Positions 43,923 through 54,900 of a stretch of 64,000 nucleotides of DNA are shown here, one piece after another. The notes under the pieces were generated by a model. That model worked only from the letters and a program-made list of their open reading frames with translations, was not told where the DNA came from and did not search any database. The translations under genes and the position numbers were made by a program. The stretch lies in the sequence record PQ898399.1; one strand, given 5' to 3'. Each line of letters begins with the position of its first letter. Position 1 is the first letter of the stretch.

Positions 43923-45607
43923 AGATTTTCAAATTGAACCGAGTCAAGTATCAAAATATTATGTCAGTGGGCGGACAGCCCATTGATATTCAACTTGATA
44001 AGGTTCACAAAACATTAATCACTGGTAAGAATGGTGCCGGTAAAAGTACAATGCTTGAAGCGATTACGTTCGCATTGTTTGGTAAGCCATTCCGTGATTT
44101 CAAGAAAGGCCAATTAATTAATTCCACCAATAAGAAAGGATTGCTCTGCGAATTGTGGATGGAATATGACGGTCATTCGTATTACATCAAACGTGGACAG
44201 AAACCAAATGTCTTTGAAATTGAACGCGACGGTGCTAAACTTGATGAAGCAGCTTCAGTTAAAGACTTCCAAAGTTATTTCGAAGAACTCATTGGAATGT
44301 CATACACGAGTTTCAAGCAGGTCGTGGTACTCGGAACAGCAGGCTACACTCCGTTTATGGGTCTTAGTACACCCGCTCGGAGAAAGTTAGTAGAAGACTT
44401 GCTTGAAGTTTCAATCATTGCTGAAATGGATAAACTGAATAAGTCTTTGGTTCGAGAACTGAATTCTCAAGTTCAAGTTCTTGATGCAAAGAAAGACGGA
44501 ATTCAGCAACAAATCAAAATCTATGAAGAAAACATAGAGAAGCAAAAGAAACTTTCTGGTGAAAACGTTGCTCGTTGGCAGAGCATGTACGAAGAGTCTA
44601 TGGCTGATGCTCGTAACATTCGTTCAACTATCGACGAGCTGAACAAGAACTTGGCTAACATCGTAATTGGCGAAGAAGATGATGTGTCTGAAGGAATTCA
44701 GAAAACTCAGATGGCTGGGATGACTATTCTGAACCGCATCGAGTCATACACAAAAGTTCTGTCGTTGTATGATAAAGGCGGTCATTGCCCAACATGTTTG
44801 CAGGATTTGCACTCCAGTGACACTCTAATCGGCCAGATTAACTCGAAAGTTGATGAATGTAATATCAAACATGCTGAGTTAAAAACGCATCTAGAGAATC
44901 TTCAAGCATCCCAGATGGAATACGAAGCGGTCAAACGTCGAGTAAGAGACATCAGAGGCCAGGTAGCAGCCAAAACTGAAGAGTTGAAAGCAGCTGTTGA
45001 GCGTATTCGTAAGATTAAAGCAGCTATTGACAAAGCAGCTGAAGAGTTCATTGATTATTCAGATGAAATCAAAACGCTTAATGAAGAATTGAATAAAATA
45101 GTTGATACCAAATCTAACTCAGTCATGGAAAAATATCTTCGCGGTATTCTTACTGAGATGTTCAAGGATTCTGGTATTAAAGGCTTAATAATTAAGAAGT
45201 ACATTCCGTTGTTCAATAAGCAAATTAATTCTTATTTGAAAGTAATGGATGCTGATTATGTCTTTACTTTGAACGAAGAGTTCAATGAAACTATTAAATC
45301 TCGCGGTCGCGAAGAATTTAGTTACAACTCTTTTAGTCAGGGTGAAAAGGCACGTATTGATATTGCGCTGTTATTCACTTGGCGTGATATAGCTGAATTA
45401 GTATCTGGTGTTAAGATTAACTGTTTGTTCTTAGACGAAGTATTCGATTCTGCTACGGACGTTGACGGTGTAAAATCTATCACACAAATACTCAACAAGA
45501 TGCAAGATTCAAATATCTTCATCATCAGCCATCGTGACCATGACCCTCAAGCATACGGTCAACATCTTCAAATGAAGAAAGTTGGTCGCTTTACGGTACT
45601 GGAATGA
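43919..45607 (+). CDS. 46: recombination ATPase subunit (Rad50-like)
   Basis: GKNGAGKST, CPTC hook, FSQGEKARI, FLDEVFD. Confidence 0.98.
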   Translation: MKIFKLNRVKYQNIMSVGGQPIDIQLDKVHKTLITGKNGAGKSTMLEAITFALFGKPFRDFKKGQLINSTNKKGLLCELWMEYDGHSYYIKRGQKPNVFEIERDGAKLDEAASVKDFQSYFEELIGMSYTSFKQVVVLGTAGYTPFMGLSTPARRKLVEDLLEVSIIAEMDKLNKSLVRELNSQVQVLDAKKDGIQQQIKIYEENIEKQKKLSGENVARWQSMYEESMADARNIRSTIDELNKNLANIVIGEEDDVSEGIQKTQMAGMTILNRIESYTKVLSLYDKGGHCPTCLQDLHSSDTLIGQINSKVDECNIKHAELKTHLENLQASQMEYEAVKRRVRDIRGQVAAKTEELKAAVERIRKIKAAIDKAAEEFIDYSDEIKTLNEELNKIVDTKSNSVMEKYLRGILTEMFKDSGIKGLIIKKYIPLFNKQINSYLKVMDADYVFTLNEEFNETIKSRGREEFSYNSFSQGEKARIDIALLFTWRDIAELVSGVKINCLFLDEVFDSATDVDGVKSITQILNKMQDSNIFIISHRDHDPQAYGQHLQMKKVGRFTVLE

Positions 45608-45795
45608 AACAATACGCAACCGGGAACGAGTTACTAACGTTCCCTGAACTTAAAAGATATGTTCTCACTAATAATTTTTCCGGTGAAGAGCATGTCGTTA
45701 CCGAACAGCATTTAAAAGATGCTTTCGGTAAACAGTATGATAAAATATCTTCCAACAGGCATCCTGCTTGGACAGTTTCTGAATTTTTTGAATGA
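45604..45795 (+). CDS. 45.2: gp45.2
   Basis: synteny; ISSNRHPAW. Confidence 0.8.
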   Translation: MKQYATGNELLTFPELKRYVLTNNFSGEEHVVTEQHLKDAFGKQYDKISSNRHPAWTVSEFFE

Positions 45796-45804
45796 GAAAA
45801 TAAT

Positions 45805-46230
45805 ATGCTGAATATCGTTACTGATGTTAAAGAAATCCAACCTAAAAACGTACGTACTGACTCCAATCCTAACAATCAGAATAAAATCCGTCGAGCATGG
45901 GTTCTGATGCTGCCTGAAGAAATTAAAGAAGCTATTAAACGCAAACTGCCAGATTCTGAAGTTCGTTTCGCTTATTACTCTTCTATTGATAATTCAATCT
46001 CCGAAAAGTGGATTGAATTAATGCGTAAGCATTATGACCGTTCAATTAAAGCTGGCGCTAAAGTTATTCTTGATAACGTCGGTGGTGAACGCCTGGAAGA
46101 CGAATTCTGTACTAACGCTGACGAGCAACTGTTGGTAGCTGCTGAAATCGTTGCTCAAGAAGTTTATGATAGCTTCGCTCCATTTGTTGTAAAATCTGAA
46201 TCATCTGAAACTGAAATTGAATTGAACTAA
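45805..46230 (+). CDS. rpbA: RNA polymerase binding protein
   Basis: EIQPKNVRTDSNPNNQNKIRRAWVL. Confidence 0.92.
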   Translation: MLNIVTDVKEIQPKNVRTDSNPNNQNKIRRAWVLMLPEEIKEAIKRKLPDSEVRFAYYSSIDNSISEKWIELMRKHYDRSIKAGAKVILDNVGGERLEDEFCTNADEQLLVAAEIVAQEVYDSFAPFVVKSESSETEIELN

Positions 46231-46238
46231 GGAAAAAC

Positions 46239-46925
46239 ATGAAACTGTCTAAAGAAACTCTGAATATTCTGAAAAACTTCTCTACCATCAACTCTGGCAT
46301 TATGCTGAAACCTGGTAAGTTCATCATGACTCGTGCAGTTAATGGTACAACTTACGCTGAAGCAACTATCGCTGACGAAATTGATTTTGAAGTTGCGATT
46401 TATGAACTGAACGGCTTCCTTGGTATTCTGTCTCTGGTTAATGAAGATGCAGAAATTTCTCTGGCTGATGATGGCAACATCAAAATTGCTGATGCTCGTT
46501 CAACAATTTTCTGGCCGGCAGCTGACCCAAGCACTATCGTATTCCCAAGCAAACCAATTCCATTCCCGGTTGCTTCTGTTATCGTTGACTTCAAATCTGA
46601 AGACCTGCAGCAACTGATGCGAGTATCTCGCGGCCTTCAGATTGACACAATCACCATCACTAATAAAGACGGTAAGATTGTTCTGAATGGTTTCAATAAG
46701 GTAGAAGATTCTGCACTTGTTCGTACCAAATATTCTCTGACTCTCGGTGATTATGATGGCACGAATAACTTCAACTTCGTTATCAACATGGGTAACATGA
46801 AGATGCAGCCTGCCGATTATAAACTGCTGCTTTGGGCACAGGGTAAGAAAACTGCTGCTAAGTTCGAAGGTGAACATGCAAGTTATGTAGTAGCAATGGA
46901 AGCAGATAGTACTCACGATTTCTAA
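46239..46925 (+). CDS. 45: sliding clamp
   Basis: MKLSK.TLNILKNF.TINSGIML; 228 aa. Confidence 0.98.
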   Translation: MKLSKETLNILKNFSTINSGIMLKPGKFIMTRAVNGTTYAEATIADEIDFEVAIYELNGFLGILSLVNEDAEISLADDGNIKIADARSTIFWPAADPSTIVFPSKPIPFPVASVIVDFKSEDLQQLMRVSRGLQIDTITITNKDGKIVLNGFNKVEDSALVRTKYSLTLGDYDGTNNFNFVINMGNMKMQPADYKLLLWAQGKKTAAKFEGEHASYVVAMEADSTHDF

Positions 46926-46932
46926 TTGTGAT

Positions 46933-46952
46933 AGGATGGTCTTCGGACCATC
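46933..46952 (+). terminator. cUUCGg hairpin between 45 and 44
   Basis: ggatggtc-TTCG-gaccatcc. Confidence 0.7.
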
Positions 46953-46984
46953 CACTGATTTGATTAATTCAATATGAGGAAATT

Positions 46985-47944
46985 ATGTTAAGCATTAACG
47001 AAAAAGAACACATCTTCGAACAGAAATATCGTCCACAATCAATTTCGGAATGTATTCTTCCGGAATTTGACCGCCAAGTATTCGATGCTATCATCAAGAA
47101 AGGCACCATCCCTCATATGATTCTGGTATCTGCGTCTCCAGGTACAGGCAAAACTACTTTAGCAAAAGCACTTTGTAACGACGTCGGTGTTGAAATGATG
47201 TTCGTTAATGGTTCAGATTGTAAGATTGATTTTGTACGTGGACCACTGACAAACTTTGCAACTGCTGCCTCATTATCTGGTAAGCAGAAAGTTATTGTGA
47301 TTGACGAATTTGACCGTTCAGGTCTTGCTGAATCTCAGCGTCACTTACGTTCTTTCATGGAAGCTTACTCAAGCAACTGCACAATCATCATCACTGCTAA
47401 CAACATCGACGGTATCATTGAACCACTTCAATCTCGTTGCCGTGTTATCAAATTCGGTCAAGCGACTGATGATGATAAACGCAACATGATGAAAGAGATG
47501 ATTCGTCGTTGTGTAGAAATCTGCAAAAATGAAAATATCAAGGTTGAAGACCTTAAAGTCATCGCGGCATTGGTTAACAAGAACTTCCCAGATTTTCGTA
47601 AGACGATTGGTGATTTGGACCATTATTCTTCCAAAGGCGTTATTGACTCTGGAATTTTGGATTTAGTGACGAAAACTTCTGGTGATATCAGTGATGTTAT
47701 TGATGCACTGAAATCAAAAGATGTTAAACAACTTCGTGCACTAGCTCCTAAGTACGCGACTAATTATTCTTGGTTTATCGAGAAACTTGCTAACGAGCTT
47801 TACACGAAAGTTGATAAAGCAAGTATCATCAGGATGTATGAGATTGTCGGTGAGAACAATCAATATCATGGTGTAGCAGCTTCGACAGAACTGCACATAA
47901 CTTATATGTTCATGCAACTTGTTGTAGAGATGCAATTCAAATGA
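46985..47944 (+). CDS. 44: clamp loader large subunit
   Basis: [27 protein letters not shown]; 319 aa. Confidence 0.98.
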   Translation: MLSINEKEHIFEQKYRPQSISECILPEFDRQVFDAIIKKGTIPHMILVSASPGTGKTTLAKALCNDVGVEMMFVNGSDCKIDFVRGPLTNFATAASLSGKQKVIVIDEFDRSGLAESQRHLRSFMEAYSSNCTIIITANNIDGIIEPLQSRCRVIKFGQATDDDKRNMMKEMIRRCVEICKNENIKVEDLKVIAALVNKNFPDFRKTIGDLDHYSSKGVIDSGILDLVTKTSGDISDVIDALKSKDVKQLRALAPKYATNYSWFIEKLANELYTKVDKASIIRMYEIVGENNQYHGVAASTELHITYMFMQLVVEMQFK

Positions 47945-48413
47945 GTTTATTCGAAGATGACGTTCAGCTGAACGAACACCAGATTGCTTGGTATAGTAAA
48001 GATGAGGCAGAGATTAAACGTCTCTCTGATACTTTCAAAGAAACAGCAGAAAATGAATTCTTCGCAATAATCGGTGCAATTAACGAGAAGAAAGATATCT
48101 CAATCGGAACTCGTGATTATTCGAAATTCATGGTAGAAAATGCTCTATCTCAATTTCCAGAATGTATGCCATCAGTTTATGTGATGAACTTAGTTGGTTC
48201 TGGCTTGTCAGATGAAGCTCACTTCAATTATCTGAAAGCGGCTGTTCCTCGTGGACGCCGTTTTGGTAAGTGGGCTAAGTTAAACGAGAGCGCCCAGGAG
48301 ACACTCATTCTGAAAGTATTGATGAATCATTATACAATCAATATCAATGACGCTGAGCGTTATAGAGTGACTCTAGCCAACAAAAATAAACTGTCTGAGA
48401 CATTAAAACGTCT
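47941..48413 (+). CDS. 62: clamp loader small subunit, truncated by assembly gap
   Basis: MSLFEDD..LNEHQ.AW, ENALSQ.PEC, AVPRG.R.GKWAK. Confidence 0.93.
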
Positions 48414-48513
48414 NNNNNNNNNNNNNNNNNNNNNNNNNNNNNNNNNNNNNNNNNNNNNNNNNNNNNNNNNNNNNNNNNNNNNNNNNNNNNNNNNNNNNNN
48501 NNNNNNNNNNNNN
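48414..48513. other. 100-N scaffold gap joining two different phage genomes
   Basis: exactly 100 N; genes on both sides are truncated; strand and gene family change. Confidence 0.97.
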
Positions 48514-50626
48514 GTGATGCACCACCAGTCCACCAGGACAACACCACAGCAATGACCACCACTACAGCTTTAAAAATACCAGTTTGATACCATTTGGTTT
48601 TAACTGTGTACTCAGTACCAATGAGGATGTGGGTAGCCCGCGCAAACAATGTTTCTCGGTCGTGAGCAGAGAACATTTTACGGAAAGCATAATCCAGAGG
48701 AACCATCAGGTTCTCGTTATCGCCACCTTTGCTAATGTTCTTACCACCTACCTTGAAACGTCCATTGAGGTTGTAAGCACGAACTTCCTCATACTGAGTT
48801 GGTGAACTCTGGATACGATAAAAATGGTAGCTAACATCCTGGTTTACATAGGTAGTGCTGGTAGATCCGTCACTATTAGTTACAGTAGTTCCTATCTTCC
48901 GTTGCCCTGTGCCACGACCTGATGCAGTAAAACCGACCGGGCCAATAACACCAGTGATCTTGCGATAACCGATAGCATCCAGTGAGTTACCGATCTCAGT
49001 AGCTACGTCTGTTGTAGTCATCGTACAGCCCTGGTGTGCAGCCCATGTAGTGTACTCATCTGCTGGCTGTGAAGGGGCAAATACAATAGGGTTACGCATA
49101 CCGTAAAGGATGCGGAAATACTGGAAGAGGTATTCCTGTTCCAGGGTATTAGTCGTGTTAGCAGGTACACACTGTACCATCAGTACAGAACGGATCTTGC
49201 TGAGGGAACTCAAGCTGTTGTAGATCTGATCTGTAATTTCAAGCCAGGGTAAATCAAGTTTATTGCCCAGCTTAATGGAATCTTTATAAGGCTTCTTACC
49301 TACAAAGTTACCCTTGTCCAGACGGTCACCATTAAGACGGAAATACATCCGTGGATAACCTTTACCGAAATCAGCTACCGGGGTACTGGTAATCCCATCC
49401 AGTGATGGATAAGAACCGGAGCCATACTGGTAGGTGAAGTAGTTAATAGCTACCCCACCACTGGAAGTAGGGTAAGTAAAGCAGACTTGGAAATAGTCTT
49501 CATCACTACCTACCGATTCACCAGAAGGATCCAATGGTGCGTTAGGGTCAATGTTACCCATGTCGTCATCATCCAGCACAGTCTCAGTATCTACATTCTG
49601 ATCAGGGATAAAGTCATACTGACCAAAGCCCATCTGGATTCTGGCAATAATATCTACGACTACCCGACGTGTAGTAATAACCCGACTGACGGTTGTAGTC
49701 ACTTCAGTAATGACACCAGTAGTGGGATCTGTAGTAGACGTAGTAGTTGGTGGATCGCTTTCGTTAGTCGTACTGCTATCAGTTTGCGTATCTGTCTGGC
49801 TGATGATCCCAGTTGTAGGTGGAGTCTGTCCATTCCAGTCAGTTGTATTACTGGTTTGGTCAGAGGAACTCGTAGTAGTTTCTTCATCATAACCACCAGA
49901 GCCATTAGGCGTCTTAACCGTAGTGTCTACCTTAGTGGTGGTCACTGTGGTAATACGCTTTACACCGAGGAAACGAGTAGCGTACTGAAGATCCACATAG
50001 TTGGAATCAGTAGTGCTTGTGCCATCCAAAGTATCAGCACGGGAATAGTTAGCACTCCGGGTAGGCGTAGCCCCACCTGTAGGTGGATAACCCCAGTGTT
50101 GTAATACATAGGGATCGGCATCAAGCACTGTCTTGGTAGTGAGCATATTCCTGGCATCATGCAGGTAAGCATCTGCACCCAATGAAGCTCTTAAACCAGT
50201 GAGTTTATTGTCAGTGGCTGTATATCCATAATTGGAAATGAGCAGTTGCCACATGGCATGACGCAGGTTGATTGGCCCGAACTTGCTGTATACGTATGAC
50301 AGGTCATTACGCCCGGTAAGCGAAACCAGAACATCATTGAAGGAACCAGAGTCTGTGAAGTCAGTCTGGGCTACCACAGTGGATTTACCCACACCGTAGT
50401 AATACTTATCTGGTTTCGATGCCCAGCGGTAAGCTGCATTCCACTTAACAGCGTTACTCTTCCAGCCATACTGGATCATGAGGTCAGCCAGTGGGGTAGT
50501 GTTCTCTTCGTCAAGGACGTAAGTAGTAATAGCCTGTCCAATTACGTCTGGCAGATATTCATCTTCTATAAGACGTGAATACGAGAAGTCTCGGTACGTC
50601 TTCTTCTTGCTGCCAAATAAACCCAT
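48514..50626 (-). CDS. N4 gp53-like virion structural protein, 3'-truncated
   Basis: MGLFGSKKKTY start; Thr-rich region; N4 synteny. Confidence 0.8.
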
Positions 50627-50640
50627 AGGATTCTCCAAAT

Positions 50641-50663
50641 AAAAAGGGAGCCGAAGCTCCCTT
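50641..50663 (-). terminator. rho-independent terminator
   Basis: aaaagggagc-cgaa-gctcccttt. Confidence 0.75.
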
Positions 50664-50680
50664 TATGATACTCAACTTTC

Positions 50681-51478
50681 TTAGGTCGGGGTAACGTTAA
50701 CGTTAATCCCTGCCAGCAATTTCTGCATGGTCTTACCGAGAGTGGCATCATCCAGCAAGTTAGTGCTGTTGGCCTGAGTATCTTCATCAGTCTGACGACG
50801 AACGTTCCAGGTGTTAGCGATAATCTGAGCCGCCTGCTGTTCAGCATTACGGTCATAACCATCAGCCTGTTTGTTCATCAGTGCAATCTGAGTACCGATA
50901 ACAGAACCAGAAGCAGCAATACCGGCCTGAGTCTGTGCTTTCTCAGTAATAGTACGCTGTTGGTAGTACGCAGTCTGGGCTTCGGCTTGCTTAAGCTGTT
51001 CAGCCATGAGTTCAAGCTGTTTAAGCTGAACCTGGATTTGAGCATCTTTAAGCTCCAGATCCTTCTCTGCCAGTTCAATATTCTTATCGGCAAGCTCAGT
51101 CTGCTTGATGATAAGGTTTGTCTGTGCAGTGATCTGTGCCATCTCCAGAGGGATCTTTTGCATCTCTGCCCGGATCTGTTCTTCCTGAGCCTGAACCAGA
51201 GATGCCTGACCTTCAAGGAGTTTAAGCTCTAAGCCCTGCTTCTGTTTAGCAAGCAGGAACTCAATAGCAGCTTGTAGCGTAGCCTGGAAAGCACCCAGAT
51301 AGACAGTAGCATACTCCGGCCCACGGATACGTTCTTTCTCGAACTGGTCACCCAAATGCACACGCATGGTTTCCAGCATTTTGTCCAGAACGCCCGTACC
51401 TACTAATTTCGTTTCCGTCAGATCAGTAACATCTAACGGAGTAGTTGAAACCATCGGTGGAATAATAATCTCTGCCAT
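50681..51478 (-). CDS. N4 gp54-like structural protein
   Basis: LTE..L.G.GV.D.ML, F...RI.G.EYA.VYL, coiled coil; synteny. Confidence 0.8.
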   Translation of the reverse strand: MAEIIIPPMVSTTPLDVTDLTETKLVGTGVLDKMLETMRVHLGDQFEKERIRGPEYATVYLGAFQATLQAAIEFLLAKQKQGLELKLLEGQASLVQAQEEQIRAEMQKIPLEMAQITAQTNLIIKQTELADKNIELAEKDLELKDAQIQVQLKQLELMAEQLKQAEAQTAYYQQRTITEKAQTQAGIAASGSVIGTQIALMNKQADGYDRNAEQQAAQIIANTWNVRRQTDEDTQANSTNLLDDATLGKTMQKLLAGINVNVTPT

Positions 51479-51489
51479 CTGGGTTTACC

Positions 51490-52050
51490 TTATGCGTTGT
51501 CGTCGGTAGCTCGACGTGCCAACTGCTGTGCTGCCAGCGCCTTCAGTTCTTCTTCAGTCAATGGAGGCAGAACTTCGATGGTATACGCAGCAATTGACTT
51601 GGATTCACGGATTGGAATGCCATGTTTACCTTTCTTGGTGGTGAACACCTGTACGCGTTTTTCACGCAGAGCGTTAACCATAATCTGTGGTAAGTGCCAC
51701 GGTTCATCCAGGTTATACGGGATGTACTTACGGTAAGTACCGACGAAGGAGTTACCTACCGTCATATACTCACCAGGCCATTCTTTCTTAGCCGGGTCGT
51801 TACAGTGGATGCGAACACGCACCAGTTTTGATGCTTCGGCTTTCTTACGACTACGACGAGCAGCTTCGTCTTCATCGGCAGCCGGACGGACTGTGCCTGT
51901 GGACTGGTTTGCCAGCGTATTGTTTACACGCTCACGCAGGGTGTCTACAGAGATAGAAGGGTGGTATTTGATCCCCAGAATATCAGCACGAGCTTTCAGG
52001 GATTCCAGTTCATCTACTTGTGGCAGGTCATCATTATCGACTTGTGACAT
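51490..52050 (-). CDS. N4 gp55-like protein
   Basis: LKARAD.LGI.YHP.I, LVRVRI.C.DP.KKEW.GE. Confidence 0.8.
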   Translation of the reverse strand: MSQVDNDDLPQVDELESLKARADILGIKYHPSISVDTLRERVNNTLANQSTGTVRPAADEDEAARRSRKKAEASKLVRVRIHCNDPAKKEWPGEYMTVGNSFVGTYRKYIPYNLDEPWHLPQIMVNALREKRVQVFTTKKGKHGIPIRESKSIAAYTIEVLPPLTEEELKALAAQQLARRATDDNA

Positions 52051-52077
52051 AAAGAAAAATCCTCATTGGTTTAAATA

Positions 52078-52103
52078 AAAAAGCCGGGGAATTATCCCCG
52101 GCC
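52078..52103 (-). terminator. terminator after major capsid gene
   Basis: aaaaagccgggga-attat-ccccggc. Confidence 0.75.
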
Positions 52104-52137
52104 TTAGCTTAGCTCACTTTAATAACTGAAGCCAGAA

Positions 52138-53310
52138 TTACATCTTAGCCGCAGTCATAACCAGAGCGATACGTTCTGGACGCAGAGCCATGAAGCCGTA
52201 GAACCAGCGAATGGAGATGAAGCCAGTTTCGCCGTATGGATCCAGACGGTCAAGGTTCTCACCAGGACGTTTGTGGTTGATTTCGAACTTAACGGTATTA
52301 CCCGAAGTCTGGAAGGTGATGGTCGCAAAGGACTCGTCACCAACTACCAGCATTGGGAATACGTCGTAGTTCGTACCGTTGTTGTAGTACACGGCATCGT
52401 CGCCAGAAGCCAGCGTAGCACCTGCACCTTCCCACTTGAACATGTTCGGGTTAACGATGATACGGAACTGGTCAATCTGACCGACTTCACCAGCAGCCAG
52501 GGTAGTACCCGCAGCATAGTGCTCAGCAGAGATGAACGCAGCGTTGTCGTGCATATCTTTCATTGCACGCAGCGTAGGGATCAGCTCAGAGCCGATGTAC
52601 ATATAGCGAGCAGCCGGAACAACACGGGTATCGATGTTACGAGTACCGTTCAGGATAGTCGTGTGTTTCGGAGTACGGTTGTTGTCCAGGTCAATGGACA
52701 GGCGCATCAGGTCACCATAGGTAACCACATCGCCCTGGCCGATTTCGCCACGGGAGGTTGCATCGCCAGCGTAACGGATTGTACCTGCGTTGTTAATCAG
52801 GTCGATCTGAAGGGCGTCTTCAGTGATCTGGTTAGCAGCAGTCAGCAGTTCGCGGTTGATGTGTTGCAGCAGATCCGCGTCAGAATCGAAGTTCAGAGAA
52901 TCTTTGGTGTATTCAGTGAAGAAACCAAACTTCTCGAAAGTACCTTCGAGTTCCAGACGAGTAACGCCGACACGGTTAACACGACCGCCGTTCTCACCCA
53001 GTACAGGCAGTTTACCCGGCACAGAGCCGATATCTTTGCTGGAACCATACAGGTTACCATTGGAGATCTTCGCACCAGTTGCGTCGATACCCTGGTCGTT
53101 GACGTTACGGTCATCCAGGATCGGCATGTAGTGGAAGCGTTTAATGGTTTTACCATAGTTCGCTGGGATGGCTGTTGCAGTAGCCAACTGGGTGAAGAAC
53201 TGCTCTTTACGCAGTTCGGTCAGAGCCTGGCGCTGGTAATACGCAGTAACAATCTGCGGGCCAATGCTGGACTCTTTCCCATTAATGGGATCTTTATATT
53301 GCATAACCAT
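52138..53310 (-). CDS. major capsid protein (N4 gp56-like)
   Basis: YGKTIKR.HY.P.LDDRN.NDQGIDA.GA.I.NGNLYGSSKDIG, ENGGRVNRVG, DPYGE.GF.SI. Confidence 0.95.
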   Translation of the reverse strand: MVMQYKDPINGKESSIGPQIVTAYYQRQALTELRKEQFFTQLATATAIPANYGKTIKRFHYMPILDDRNVNDQGIDATGAKISNGNLYGSSKDIGSVPGKLPVLGENGGRVNRVGVTRLELEGTFEKFGFFTEYTKDSLNFDSDADLLQHINRELLTAANQITEDALQIDLINNAGTIRYAGDATSRGEIGQGDVVTYGDLMRLSIDLDNNRTPKHTTILNGTRNIDTRVVPAARYMYIGSELIPTLRAMKDMHDNAAFISAEHYAAGTTLAAGEVGQIDQFRIIVNPNMFKWEGAGATLASGDDAVYYNNGTNYDVFPMLVVGDESFATITFQTSGNTVKFEINHKRPGENLDRLDPYGETGFISIRWFYGFMALRPERIALVMTAAKM

Positions 53311-53324
53311 AAATAGTCAGCCTC

Positions 53325-54503
53325 TTACCGGAATTGAGTTGGGTCAATCTTAGCAAACTCTTCGTCAGAAAGGGAAAATAAGTTTTCACCTTTAATAGCT
53401 GGTTTGCTTTGGACGGTTTGTTTTGGTGCTGCCGCAGCTTTCTTAGCGTTCACCGTTTCTTTCTTCGGTGCAGCTTTAGCTGGTGGCACTACTACATCTT
53501 TGGCAGGGGCTGGTTGTACGCCCGGAACTTTAAGTAAGCCCTGAGCTTGCAACTGCTGTTCTACTGCCGCGTGAGCTTGCAAAGAGTTCATGCCAACCAG
53601 TTGGCCTAATACCTTCTGACGCTGAACTTCATTTGCAATGAGGTCAAAATTGCCCGAAGACTTTTGAGCATCCAGTACACGGAGTAGCCCAGGGTTGTTG
53701 GCAATAAAGTCCTGGCTTGCTGCGTCCCATGCAGAAGTAACATGAGTCAGCACTTCTTTGAAACCAGGGTTGTTCTGTAATTCTTGAACTGTGTCAGCAA
53801 GTTCAATCTGGCTTTCTGGCGGAGCCTGGTGTTGAGACTGGTAGCCTGCACCTTGCTCGACGTCGAAGTCCATAAGGTCGATACCGCTGTCCTGAACCAG
53901 CTTAGCGATAGCCTTCGGATCTTTTTTATGCAGGTCGATTAAGAAACCGAGTTCCTGCTCGTTCAGAAGGTTTTCGTTTTCCAGCATCTTCATAATGCGA
54001 CGGGTGGGCTTCAGAGCAGCCATCTTTTCATGGTAGTTCGCACCCATCTGCATAAGCTTGATCACTTCTTCAGGTGACTGAACAGTGATATCACGCCCAT
54101 TGGCTTTGAAGGGTTTACCAACGATGGACTCATAAAACGCTTTGTGATCCGGTACATTCTGAGATTCAGGATCAGTCTTCGCTTTAGAGGTTTCTTTGGC
54201 AGGGGCTTTATCCTTCGCCTTACCTTCTTCGCTCTGCTGTGCAGGCTCATTGGTAGGCTCAGGGTTCTCAGGATCTACTTCAGGTTCTTCTTCCTGTTCT
54301 GGATCCGTTTCAACTACTTCTTCTTCCGGCTCCACTTCAGTGGTTGGCTGGTTTTCAGTAGTCTGTTCCGGTTGTCCATCTTCAGGGTTTTCTGAACCTT
54401 GATTCAGATACTGAGAGATATCTAACCGGCTTAATTCATCTTCAGACATGTTCAGAACATCTGGAACATTCTGTTGATCTAGTTGCTCGGTATTAGCACT
54501 CAT
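53325..54503 (-). CDS. N4 gp57-like protein (probable scaffold)
   Basis: acidic low-complexity N-terminus, FKANG, LMQMGANY..KM; upstream of capsid. Confidence 0.85.
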   Translation of the reverse strand: MSANTEQLDQQNVPDVLNMSEDELSRLDISQYLNQGSENPEDGQPEQTTENQPTTEVEPEEEVVETDPEQEEEPEVDPENPEPTNEPAQQSEEGKAKDKAPAKETSKAKTDPESQNVPDHKAFYESIVGKPFKANGRDITVQSPEEVIKLMQMGANYHEKMAALKPTRRIMKMLENENLLNEQELGFLIDLHKKDPKAIAKLVQDSGIDLMDFDVEQGAGYQSQHQAPPESQIELADTVQELQNNPGFKEVLTHVTSAWDAASQDFIANNPGLLRVLDAQKSSGNFDLIANEVQRQKVLGQLVGMNSLQAHAAVEQQLQAQGLLKVPGVQPAPAKDVVVPPAKAAPKKETVNAKKAAAAPKQTVQSKPAIKGENLFSLSDEEFAKIDPTQFR

Positions 54504-54505
54504 GC

Positions 54506-54826
54506 TTATTCCTCATTACGCGATTGATATAGTGTTTCGCCATTTTCAGCGATTGCCTTATCTGCAATTTCAGCATCCTCAAGAACGCTGTCGAGATAGG
54601 CTTTGAACTGAGCTACGGCGTCTATCTTGCGTGACGTTGCATCGTCAGCTTCTGTAGAGTTGGCACGGTCATAAACCAGGTTAAGCGCGTGTTCTCTGAG
54701 GAAGCCAGAGAGAATAACGTTCTTGAAATCTGAACTGTTCAGTAAGCGTTTTAACGCTTTGCCCCGTTCAGATATCTTCTTGTCTCGCTCTATTAACGAT
54801 TCAAGTTCGTCTTCAAAGTTAGCCAT
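54506..54826 (-). CDS. N4 gp58-like protein
   Basis: RLLNS.DFK.VI..G; synteny between portal and gp57. Confidence 0.75.
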   Translation of the reverse strand: MANFEDELESLIERDKKISERGKALKRLLNSSDFKNVILSGFLREHALNLVYDRANSTEADDATSRKIDAVAQFKAYLDSVLEDAEIADKAIAENGETLYQSRNEE

Positions 54827-54900
54827 ACGTACCTCAGATATAAAATAGGCAGGTGGACAATAACGCAAACTGTCTCACCTGCCTAATATTTTTAAACAAA

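Noticed and set aside
7841-47935. Many - strand ORFs in the T4-like segment
   Set aside because: Antisense to well-identified + strand genes; this T4 region is transcribed from one strand.
48414-48513. Natural T4/N4 recombinant genome
   Set aside because: A round 100-N gap with truncated essential genes on both sides is typical of scaffolding.
48344-48555. ORFs reading through the N-run (764 aa on -, 204 aa on +)
   Set aside because: Artefacts of translating Ns; they fuse two genomes.
52273-53316. 347-aa + strand ORF
   Set aside because: Exact antisense shadow of the major capsid gene; no recognisable motifs.
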